Assembly: GCA_044359815.1 (NCBI GenBank)
Contig: JBIKLL010000031.1
Span: forward strand, 1 to 26,674
Length of the DNA stretch: 26,674 nt
Origin: Pseudobdellovibrionaceae bacterium
Lineage (GTDB): Bacteria; Bdellovibrionota; Bdellovibrionia; Bdellovibrionales; Bdellovibrionaceae
Direction of reading: 5' to 3'
Positions within the stretch are counted from its first letter, which is position 1. Each line of letters starts with the position of its first letter. Positions 1 through 8,218 of this stretch are shown here, piece after piece. A program made the translations under genes and the position numbers. The notes below the pieces were generated by a model, which was not told the DNA's origin, did no database searches, and saw nothing but the letters and a program-made list of their open reading frames with translations.

Positions 1-2
1 CC

Positions 3-152
3 CATATCCCAGTGATAGCAGGGATTCCTTCTAATACTTTTGGAATACCTTATAAGCTGACGGCAACTTTGGTAGTTGTTGATTCCGCTGGGACTGAAAA
101 ACGTGATTTATATCTGCCCCAATCAGCTCAAGTGCTGATCTTGGGAAACTAA
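3..152 (+). CDS. 3' end of a hypothetical protein (partial, runs off the window start)
   Basis: Frame 3 is open from the window edge to TAA at 150-152 (HIPVIAGIPSNTFGIPYKLTATLVVVDSAGTEKRDLYLPQSAQVLILGN) and is followed directly by a hairpin. Confidence 0.55.
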   Translation, partial: HIPVIAGIPSNTFGIPYKLTATLVVVDSAGTEKRDLYLPQSAQVLILGN

Positions 153-155
153 AAA

Positions 156-190
156 CAGAGCCTTTTAAAGTTACTTTATAAAAGGCGCTG
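156..190. terminator. Hairpin between convergent genes, probable bidirectional terminator
   Basis: gcctttta (160-167) pairs with taaaaggc (179-186), extended by cag/ctg; it lies between the stops at 152 and 193. Confidence 0.55.
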
Positions 191-192
191 CT

Positions 193-831
193 TTATCGCA
201 GTTTTGTGATCAGGTGATCGCGAAGGTAGGATGGCTTTTTTTCCATGGGAAGCTTAAAGTCTTCGGCTAATTTTAGGCAACTGGCCAGGTCTAATTTGTT
301 AAGCCAATATTGATTCAGGGTTCTGTTGTAAAGCAGATTGATAATTTCAAAAATATTTTTATTTATGCTTTGTTTATTTTCGGCAACGGCCCAGATTGTA
401 AAATTATATTTTTCGTTCACTTGTTCGACCCGCCAAAACAGGGGTAGGGCATTGGATCTTTCAACCTGTTCGGTTAAAAAATCATTGCTGATTTTTTTGG
501 TCAGCTTGGAATCAATTAATCTGTCATTTAAAATCGGAGTCATTTTCCTGAGCCAGGTTGAATCAGCCAGGTACAGATCAAATTCTTTTGACAGCAATAA
601 AAACTCATCAAAGTTTGCAATCACAGTGGGTTCTACCAAAATCCCTGACATGTGAAAAATAGCAGCCACTACTTCTGCTGAAAAAACATCTTCGCGCTGG
701 GTTAGGATTTTGACTTTTGGTAAAGGTAAATTAAAAACGGATCTCCAGTGATGAGGAAATCCTCCCATGTAAAACCCCACACTCAGACCTAGTACCAAGG
801 TACAAATTGCCAGAATGAGTGCCTTTTTCAT
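193..831 (-). CDS. Hypothetical exported or membrane-anchored protein, weakly like a truncated PotD-type solute-binding protein
   Basis: 212 aa with a hydrophobic N-terminus (MKKALILAICTLVLGLSVGFYMGG). It starts 3 bp after the nrdB stop. The VKIL...SGILVE...FDLYLADSTWL pattern resembles an SBP N-lobe, judged by eye only. Confidence 0.6.
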   Translation of the reverse strand: MKKALILAICTLVLGLSVGFYMGGFPHHWRSVFNLPLPKVKILTQREDVFSAEVVAAIFHMSGILVEPTVIANFDEFLLLSKEFDLYLADSTWLRKMTPILNDRLIDSKLTKKISNDFLTEQVERSNALPLFWRVEQVNEKYNFTIWAVAENKQSINKNIFEIINLLYNRTLNQYWLNKLDLASCLKLAEDFKLPMEKKPSYLRDHLITKLR

Positions 832-834
832 TTT

Positions 835-1836
835 CTAAAAACTTTCGTCAAATGAAACTGTGCCGCTGACACCCATTTGGTAGGCAGAAACTCGGCGCTC
901 AAAAAAGTTAGCTAGCTCTTGCATGTCCTGCAGTTCCATAAATGGAAATGGGTTTTTCACTTTGTATCGGGGGCTGATTCTCAAACTTTCCAGCCTTTGA
1001 TCGGCCACAAACTCCAGATATTGCCTCATGTCCTTTATCGACAAACCGGCAATACCCATTCCCAAAATATCTTCAGCAAAAGTCATTTCGCAATCAATGG
1101 CGTCTTCCATCATTTGCACAATCATTTCTTGAACCTGACCATTAAACAATGCGGGCTCTTCTTTGCGTGCTGTGTGAATCACTTCATTAGCAAAAGAAAT
1201 ATGCATGCTCTCGTCCCTGAAAACCCAGTTAGTTCCGCTGGCCAGGCCAGTTAGTAAACCCTTTGATCTTAAAAAATAAACGTAGGCAAAAGCTGCAAAG
1301 AAAAACAGACCTTCAATACAGCTGGCAAAGCAGCTCATATTCATAATAAATTTTCTGCGGCCTTCGATGCCTGATATCTGATCAATTTTATTGATACTGT
1401 CCATCCACTTAAAGCAAAATTGTCCCTTTTTATGAATGGAAGGGATGTTATCCAAAGCAGCAAAAGCTTTGGCTCTTTCGTCCGGATGGGGAATGTAATT
1501 GTCCAACAAGGTCAGATAAAACTGCACATGCAAAGCTTCTTCGTAAAGCTGTCTTGATAAATACAACCGAGCCTCTGGAGAATTTACGTGTTTGTACAGA
1601 TTCAAAACCAGATTGTTGCCAACAATGCTGTCGCCAGTTGCAAAAAAAGCAACCAAGCGATTGATTAAATGCTTTTCACTTTGTGAAAGCTTGCTGCCAT
1701 GCAAATCAGCTAAATCTGTTGAAAAGTCGACCTCATCGACTGTCCAGGTGTTCTTAATAGCGTTTTTGTACATTTCGTAAAACACTGGGTATTTCATAGG
1801 TCGCAAAGTCAGATTGAATCCTGGATCTAAAATCAT
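835..1836 (-). CDS. nrdB: Ribonucleotide reductase class Ia beta subunit
   Basis: Diiron motifs FFATGDSIV, EEALHVQFY (radical Tyr present), IEGLFFFAAF and RDESMH; C-terminal NFFERRVSAYQ. Confidence 0.97.
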   Translation of the reverse strand: MILDPGFNLTLRPMKYPVFYEMYKNAIKNTWTVDEVDFSTDLADLHGSKLSQSEKHLINRLVAFFATGDSIVGNNLVLNLYKHVNSPEARLYLSRQLYEEALHVQFYLTLLDNYIPHPDERAKAFAALDNIPSIHKKGQFCFKWMDSINKIDQISGIEGRRKFIMNMSCFASCIEGLFFFAAFAYVYFLRSKGLLTGLASGTNWVFRDESMHISFANEVIHTARKEEPALFNGQVQEMIVQMMEDAIDCEMTFAEDILGMGIAGLSIKDMRQYLEFVADQRLESLRISPRYKVKNPFPFMELQDMQELANFFERRVSAYQMGVSGTVSFDESF

Positions 1837-1864
1837 AAATTCCCCTTTAATTTATTAAAAAACA

Positions 1865-4291
1865 TTACTGACAAGCTTCGCAGGCCTCAGGATTTTCCAA
1901 AGAACAGGCGATGGCTTCGGTTTCCGTAAATTCCTTTGCTGGAATCTCTGGATCGTTAGCCTTTTTAACTGTTGTTTTAGAAATCGCAGTGGCCGGACGG
2001 CTTCTGAGATAATAAGTCGTTTTAATTCCTTTTTTCCATGCATACATATACATGCTGGAAAGCTTCCCAATAGTAGGGCTTTCGATAAAAAGATTCAAAG
2101 ACTGACTTTGATCAATATAAGGCCCGCGATCAGCGGCCATATCGATCAATGCTTTCATGGGAACTTCCCAAACATTTCTGTAAATCTGTTTTATTGAATC
2201 AGGAATCTCGGCAACATTTTGAACACTGCCATCTGCTAGCTTGATTTCATTTTTAATGTCTTCATTCCACAGATTGAGCGCTTTGAGTTCGTTCACTAAA
2301 TATTTATTGATCTGCAAAAACTCCCCAGACAGGGTTTCTCGTTTAAATAAATTTGAAACCTGTGGTTCTGTGGCTTCGTAACATCCCACAATGGATGCAA
2401 TGGTTGCTGTTGGTGCAATGGCAATGGTCAATGAATTCCTTAAGCCCACTTTTTGAATTTTCTCTTTCAATTTATCCCATCTTTCAGAGTCAGATGGTTT
2501 CACTCCCCACAGATCAAACTGCAAGACACCTTTTGCGGCCTTGGTCAGTTTGAAGGTCTCATGGGGGCCAAATTTTTCAGCCAGCTCGCAAGAAGTCTTT
2601 AAGGCATGAAAATAAATTTCCTCTTGGATTTTAGCTGATAATTCTTGAGCCTGAGTGCTGTCAAATGGCAGTCTCAATTGAAAAAACATATCCTGTAAGC
2701 CCATAAGACCTAGGCCGATGGGTCTCCAGCGGTTATTTGAAAATTCAGCCGTAGAGATTGGATAAAAATTAATATCAATCACTCGGTCCAAATATTTAAC
2801 TGCTGTTTGAACGGTTTTGCCCAGCTTTTCAAAATCGAATTTACCATTCACCACATGGCGAGATAAATTCACAGAACCCAGATTGCAAACGGCTGTTTCT
2901 TGAGTTGAAGTGACTTCCAGAATTTCAGTGCACAGATTTGACAAATGAATGACTTCATTGGATTCACCGGTCTGATTGGCTTTTAAATTGGAAGCGTCTT
3001 TGAACGTCATCCAGCCATTTCCAGTTTGTGCCAAAGTTTTCATCATGCGGCCGTATAAATCCCTGGCCTTGATTTGTTTGGTAAATAGTTTTTGTTCTTC
3101 AGCTTCTTTGTAGGCTGTTTCAAACTCTAAACCATACAAATCAATCAATTTAGGAGTGATGCGTGGATCAAACAGTGACCACATGCCGTCTTCTTCAACC
3201 CTTTTCATAAATAAATCTGGAACCCAGTTTGCCAGATTTAAATTGTGAGTTCGCTTGGCTTCATCACCGGTATTGTCTCGAAGCTCTAAAAATTCTTCGA
3301 TGTCAGCGTGCCAAGTTTCCAGATAAACACAGGCAGCACCTTTGCGTTTACCGCCTTGGTTTACCGCTGCTACTGATGAATCCAGAGTTTTAAGCCATGG
3401 AATGATGCCATTTGAATGACCGTTGGTGCCTTTGATTAATGAGCCTCTTGATCTGACCCTGTGAAAAGCCACTCCGATGCCGCCAGCAAATTTAGACAGC
3501 AAAGCAATGTCTGTGTATTTATCATATATAGATCTCAGATCATCTTGAGGTGACTCAAGTAAATAACAAGAAGACATTTGTGATCTAAGGGTTCCAGAAT
3601 TAAACAGGGTAGGGGTAGAGCATAAATATTCGTGAGAAGAGATCAGTCTGTAAAATTCAACAGCCTCTTCAACGTTTTTTGCTAAACCACAGGCCACGCG
3701 CATGAAAAAATACTGGGGCGTTTCAAACACCATTCTGGTTTTAGGATTTTTAAGTAAATATCTGTCATAGACAGTTCTCAGGCCAAAATATTCAAATCGA
3801 TCGGTTCTGAACGGTTCAATGGCCGCGGACAGTGCCGCTTTGTTTTTTTCGACAAAATGATGAAGGCTTTCTGATAATAGACCTGCGTTGTATCCAAAGG
3901 CCACAGCATCAGCAAATGATCTGATTTTCTGAGCCCTGACTTCTTCGTCAACGTAAATAGCCAACAGTCGCGCTGCTAGTCTTGAATATTCTGGTTCTTC
4001 GCCAATTAATAAAGACGCAGTTTGAATGCACAGATTATCCAGCTCATTAGTTGAGGCCCCGTCGTAAAGGCCGCTGATAGCTTTTGTGGAGACTCGCAAA
4101 GGGTCTACCTGTTTGAGGCCATAGCAGCATCCCATAACGCGTTCTACGATCTTGGTGACGTCAACGGGCTCTAACGAACCATCCCGTTTTTTAACGTGCA
4201 TAATATGAGGTCTTTGAATGTCAAATTCCTCGGTGTTGTCTAATTTTAATTGAACCGAAGAAATTCCGTTTTCTTGAGTTGATTGAAGCAT
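1865..4291 (-). CDS. nrdA: Ribonucleotide reductase class Ia alpha subunit with N-terminal ATP cone
   Basis: ATP cone VKKRDG, STPTLFNSG, SSCYL, SNLCTE, VCNLGS, APTATI, KTTYYLR and C-terminal CEAC redox pair. Confidence 0.98.
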   Translation of the reverse strand: MLQSTQENGISSVQLKLDNTEEFDIQRPHIMHVKKRDGSLEPVDVTKIVERVMGCCYGLKQVDPLRVSTKAISGLYDGASTNELDNLCIQTASLLIGEEPEYSRLAARLLAIYVDEEVRAQKIRSFADAVAFGYNAGLLSESLHHFVEKNKAALSAAIEPFRTDRFEYFGLRTVYDRYLLKNPKTRMVFETPQYFFMRVACGLAKNVEEAVEFYRLISSHEYLCSTPTLFNSGTLRSQMSSCYLLESPQDDLRSIYDKYTDIALLSKFAGGIGVAFHRVRSRGSLIKGTNGHSNGIIPWLKTLDSSVAAVNQGGKRKGAACVYLETWHADIEEFLELRDNTGDEAKRTHNLNLANWVPDLFMKRVEEDGMWSLFDPRITPKLIDLYGLEFETAYKEAEEQKLFTKQIKARDLYGRMMKTLAQTGNGWMTFKDASNLKANQTGESNEVIHLSNLCTEILEVTSTQETAVCNLGSVNLSRHVVNGKFDFEKLGKTVQTAVKYLDRVIDINFYPISTAEFSNNRWRPIGLGLMGLQDMFFQLRLPFDSTQAQELSAKIQEEIYFHALKTSCELAEKFGPHETFKLTKAAKGVLQFDLWGVKPSDSERWDKLKEKIQKVGLRNSLTIAIAPTATIASIVGCYEATEPQVSNLFKRETLSGEFLQINKYLVNELKALNLWNEDIKNEIKLADGSVQNVAEIPDSIKQIYRNVWEVPMKALIDMAADRGPYIDQSQSLNLFIESPTIGKLSSMYMYAWKKGIKTTYYLRSRPATAISKTTVKKANDPEIPAKEFTETEAIACSLENPEACEACQ

Positions 4292-4529
4292 GATGATTTT
4301 CCCCTTCGAAAATTTTCGTTCTATTTCTGTTTAAATAGATGATTAAAACTGTTTATCACAATCCCTTGTGAAGACTGGTTAGACCCTCCTTGTCCTTTAG
4401 TCAGGTAGAAAGTTTTTAACAATCCACGCAACTAATTCCTTAACCAGTATGAAAACTGAGCCGGCACTGCAAAATAGCATTAGACGGTTCGCATAAAATA
4501 ACGCTGGACTCCGCAATTACTACTTAAAA

Positions 4530-4545
4530 ATACTATATGTAGTAG
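4530..4545. promoter_or_regulatory. NrdR-box-like operator upstream of nrdAB
   Basis: atactatatgtagtag fits the palindromic NrdR consensus acaCwAtATaTwGtgt and lies ~240 bp upstream of nrdA. A second box is not clear. Confidence 0.65.
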
Positions 4546-4851
4546 GTGTCGAAGTTCAGATGGTGGATCTATTGATGTATCAGTGACCCCCCACTGTTTC
4601 CCTATGCTTGATAATGAACGTAAATTATTTTTTCTGAGAGTCCAAGATTTTTTTTGAGTTTTGACTCAAACTTTTATGACGATTGCTTATTGTTTCGACA
4701 ACAATTTTTATTGAATTGACATTTTTTAGCTGAAACTCAGGACCTTCGAACTGCATTTTTACGAGGCACTGGACCAATGTCTTAACATAAGTTGCAGTAT
4801 CCAAACCAAATTCTAACAATTGATACAAGGGGAATTTAAGAATCTTAAATT

Positions 4852-5853
4852 TTATAAAATAGCTCTTTTTGATGATTGAAATGCCAACTCTGATTTTTTC
4901 TGAATCTGCAAAGCAGTTGTCGGATGAAATCGCAGTGATTGATAGGATCCCTCGGCTCTGAGTGTATCAACAATGTATTGGTGTGTCCCCATTTTGTCAG
5001 AAGTCCATTCTGGAACGATCAGCTCATCCCAGCGACTGGAAAAAGCCGCCAGACGGTGTACAAAAATTTCCGGCGATAAGTGTTCTAAAAACAATTTCAC
5101 TCGGTGAGCATAGGTTGATCGGTCAATAGGATTGAATTCGCCTTGGTTCCAAATTTTTTCAAGTTCAGTGTTCTTTAAAACATGCAGATGGTGAAGTTTT
5201 ACGTGATCAATTCCCAGACTGTTACAGATATTGGCTGTTTCAATAATTTGCTGATCGGTTTCATTGGGAAGACCAAATATTAAATGAATACCTAAATCCA
5301 AATCAGAATGGGATTTGATATTTTTAATGGCTTTAAAAACGGCTGCGGCATCATGCCCCCGTTTTAAAAATTCCAATTGATCCTCAAAAAAACTCTGAAC
5401 ACCCAGCTCGATGCTGACAAAATGAGTTTCTGAATAAGATTTCCATAAATTTAAAACAGCTGGTGAAACGCAGTCAGGTCTGGTACCGACAACAAAGCCT
5501 AAAATATCTGAATCCTGCAAAACAGTTTTAAAATGTTCATCAAGGGTAGAGATTTTTAAAAAGCTATTGGTGTAAGCTTGAAAATAAGCCAAAAATTTTG
5601 TGGCGTTAAATCGCTTGCCTATATGAGCTTTGTATTTTTGAATTTGCTCAGTCAAAGGCATTTGTAAACTGTCTGACCTTGCAGCAGAGCCCCACTCATC
5701 GCAAAAAACACAGGTCTGCATGCCCTTTAAACCCATGCGGTTTGGGCAGGTGTCGACAATGGAAACCGGGATTTTATAAATCTTGGTGTTAAATTTATTC
5801 TTGTAAAATTGCGAAATCGGATTAAAAGGAAGTCCGTTCCAAGCTTTTTCCAT
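4852..5853 (-). CDS. TIGR01212-family (YhcC/YtqA-MnmL-like) radical SAM protein
   Basis: CPNRMGLKGMQTCVFC variant cysteine motif, YFQAYTN, GTRPDC, ELGVQS, RGH, HLIFGLP and VKLHHLHVLKNT. Confidence 0.92.
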   Translation of the reverse strand: MEKAWNGLPFNPISQFYKNKFNTKIYKIPVSIVDTCPNRMGLKGMQTCVFCDEWGSAARSDSLQMPLTEQIQKYKAHIGKRFNATKFLAYFQAYTNSFLKISTLDEHFKTVLQDSDILGFVVGTRPDCVSPAVLNLWKSYSETHFVSIELGVQSFFEDQLEFLKRGHDAAAVFKAIKNIKSHSDLDLGIHLIFGLPNETDQQIIETANICNSLGIDHVKLHHLHVLKNTELEKIWNQGEFNPIDRSTYAHRVKLFLEHLSPEIFVHRLAAFSSRWDELIVPEWTSDKMGTHQYIVDTLRAEGSYQSLRFHPTTALQIQKKSELAFQSSKRAIL

Positions 5854-5874
5854 GGGCGAAAATTAGGACGTAAA

Positions 5875-6630
5875 ATGACCCCTGTAAACCAAATTCAATC
5901 TGATTTTCATAATTATCTGATTAAACTGACGGCTGACGGAAGCCCGACGCTGCAAACGCAAGACAAAAACCAGGAATCCATGCACCATTCAGGGGGCGCG
6001 TACAGTGAAACCCAACTGATCTATGGACAAATGATTGCTGAGTGCCTCAGGCGGGGCGGACGTCGGTTTTTGATCACAGGCTTGGGGCTAGGGTACATAG
6101 AATGGACATTGATTGATCAGGTTTTCAAGGCCGCTGTGGATCCCAGTCAGGTTTTTTTGGTGTCAGTTGAAAACGACCCCATTTTAGTCAACAGTCAGAG
6201 AAATTTTATTTCAGGCAATTTAGATTCGGTGACATTAAAAACAGCCAGTCAGTTTTTTACAGATTTTTTAGAAATTCAGAAAATTTTAGAGCGAAAACTT
6301 ATGGATGGAAGCTGGCAGATTGTGACTGATTTAAATCAATTCAGCGAATCAGCCAGTAAAACATTGGCTGGTTTTTCTGAACAAAGGTTTCAGGGAATCT
6401 GTTATGATTTTTACAGCAGCAAGCAAGATCCTCATTTGTGGAGCGAGGATTTTTTAAAAAGTTTCTTGGCCCAGTTTGCAGATCCTAATGGTTGTTATTT
6501 TAGCACCTATGCCTGCACAGGGGCTTTAAAGCGCGCTCTGCTTCAGCAAAATTTCACCGTCATCAAAAAACCAGGGTTTTGCCAAAAGCGCGACTCCACC
6601 CTCGCTTATAATTATAAAAACTCCCTTTAA
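5875..6630 (+). CDS. Stand-alone MnmC-type (MnmD-like) SAM-dependent tRNA methyltransferase
   Basis: TADGSPTL, ESMHHSGGAYSET, TGLGLG, YDFYSSKQDPHLWS, STYA and PGFCQKR motifs. ATG 5875 is preferred because the TTG at 5809 would overlap the divergent gene. Confidence 0.8.
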   Translation: MTPVNQIQSDFHNYLIKLTADGSPTLQTQDKNQESMHHSGGAYSETQLIYGQMIAECLRRGGRRFLITGLGLGYIEWTLIDQVFKAAVDPSQVFLVSVENDPILVNSQRNFISGNLDSVTLKTASQFFTDFLEIQKILERKLMDGSWQIVTDLNQFSESASKTLAGFSEQRFQGICYDFYSSKQDPHLWSEDFLKSFLAQFADPNGCYFSTYACTGALKRALLQQNFTVIKKPGFCQKRDSTLAYNYKNSL

Positions 6631-6647
6631 GTGCAATCCGATAAATT

Positions 6648-6944
6648 TCAAAAGCGAAGGCTCTATCTAGACCTTTTCAATTTCATTTTTTGAAGCTTTC
6701 ATTCCAAGTAATTGGTTTTTGATAAAAAACATATTTCAAAGATCTAAAATAAATAATTAAATATATTGAGATGGGTTCTCCGCGGAGCCATGGATGGCGG
6801 GGACTTGGTCCGAGCGGCTGAGGCAGGAGGCCGTAACCCATATCAATGTATTTAGTTGTTTATTTTAGATCTTTAAAAAACTTAATGGTTTGGAATGAAA
6901 GCAAAATGACTCAATTGAAAGCTAGGGCGAGCCTTCGCTTTTGA
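6648..6944. repeat. ~300-bp imperfect inverted repeat with a 57-nt GC-rich core
   Basis: Paired blocks: 6648-6663/6929-6944 (16 bp perfect), 6695-6707/6890-6902 (13 bp perfect) and 6738-6777/6835-6874 (40 bp, 4 mismatches). Confidence 0.92.
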
Positions 6945-7626
6945 CGTCGGAAAATTTGCGAACATATTCGATGATGGCGCTTTTAGATTCTGATTGAAGG
7001 CCTGAAAATTTCAATCCAGCATAGCCATCCTGAGAAACATAAACGACTTCAACTGTTGCATGGATGGGTGCGAACAGATTGGGGCTTTTAAGAATGGTCT
7101 TAAAACGCTCGCCAATTTTTGCATTAATGGCTTCGGTGATTCCCAGACCGCCTTCAGATATTGAAAGCACGCGGGCAGTGAATTGCCCAGCGGCGCCTTC
7201 GCAAAGTAAAGTTCCCATAATAGGCACTCGGGGATGCTTTCTGCGGCTGACGCCTAATTCATCCATAATTTTATGAATCTGAAAAATCTCTTTCCATTCG
7301 GTATAACCCTCGGTCCAAATAAAAACATCCGACAGATCCTCGCGAGTTTTTAAATAGTCCATCATTTCAGGTTGTGACATGGGTTTCATTTCTTGCCCAG
7401 CGACACGGACTTTCCAAATGCGCTCGTTAGCTGTTTTTAATTTTTGATGAGCTTGCTCAACGTCTTGTGCTGATTTTTCAAAACGCTTTCCTGAAACCCA
7501 TTCGTTTTGACCACGGGTCCAAACCAGAGCGTTTTTATTGGCTAATAATTGAGCATTGACTTCTTCTTTTGAAAAAGGCCCAACCACCTTTTCGTCCAAA
7601 AATAAAAACCATTTGCGTTCGCTCAT
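6922..7626 (-). CDS. GYF_2/DUF4339-like tandem domains plus C-terminal PilZ domain (putative c-di-GMP receptor)
   Basis: Two W...[GK]P...[VI]WTxGxxEW units, followed by PilZ motifs RRKHPR and SISEGG. Confidence 0.85.
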   Translation of the reverse strand: MSERKWFLFLDEKVVGPFSKEEVNAQLLANKNALVWTRGQNEWVSGKRFEKSAQDVEQAHQKLKTANERIWKVRVAGQEMKPMSQPEMMDYLKTREDLSDVFIWTEGYTEWKEIFQIHKIMDELGVSRRKHPRVPIMGTLLCEGAAGQFTARVLSISEGGLGITEAINAKIGERFKTILKSPNLFAPIHATVEVVYVSQDGYAGLKFSGLQSESKSAIIEYVRKFSDVKSEGSP

Positions 7627-7666
7627 AGTCTTGATTCGAATATTTAACTATGGCAAAGTCAAGTCC

Positions 7667-8218
7667 ATGAAATTTATAATCGCAGGTACAAATCGCAAGG
7701 GTTCAACCACACTTAAATTATCTCAATACATGCAGCAGGTATTTAAAAACTTGGGCGAGGATTTTGAAATCATCGATTTGGCTCAGATTCCATTGGCTGA
7801 TCTGACTGATGGTTCTTACAAGGCTTCAGAAAAGGTAAAACCCTTTATCAACAAGATGGCTCAATCCCAAGGCACCTATGTGGTAGTTCCAGAGTACAAT
7901 GGATCTTATCCAGGCGTTTTAAAATTATTTATTGATCACTGGAAATACCCGGATTCATTTGAACACAGGCCAGTGGCATTTTTGGGTTTAGGCGGGATGT
8001 TTGGTGGAATGAGACCGGTTGAGCACATTCAGCAGGTTTTTGGATACAGAAATGCTTTTATTTATCCAGATCGATTGTTTCTACAAAAGGTTGAAAAAGT
8101 TTTTAACGGTCAGGATATTACGGATCCGGTGATTAAGGATCTTTTAAACAAGCAAGCTTCTGGATTTTTAAAATTTTGCACGTCTTTGCAGGCGAAAAAT
8201 CTTATCCCGCAGCTTTAG
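7667..8218 (+). CDS. NADPH-dependent FMN reductase (flavodoxin-like)
   Basis: GTNRKGS and PEYNGSYPGVLKLFID motifs. ATG 7667 avoids overlap with the divergent PilZ gene. Confidence 0.92.
   Translation: MKFIIAGTNRKGSTTLKLSQYMQQVFKNLGEDFEIIDLAQIPLADLTDGSYKASEKVKPFINKMAQSQGTYVVVPEYNGSYPGVLKLFIDHWKYPDSFEHRPVAFLGLGGMFGGMRPVEHIQQVFGYRNAFIYPDRLFLQKVEKVFNGQDITDPVIKDLLNKQASGFLKFCTSLQAKNLIPQL

Noticed and set aside
835..1836. Class Ic or Ie variant of NrdB
   Set aside because: The first ligand is Asp, the radical Tyr is present and all carboxylate ligands are intact, so it is ordinary class Ia.
4625..4828. 67-aa ORF upstream of nrdA
   Set aside because: TTG start, no recognisable motif, and located in an AT-rich promoter region.
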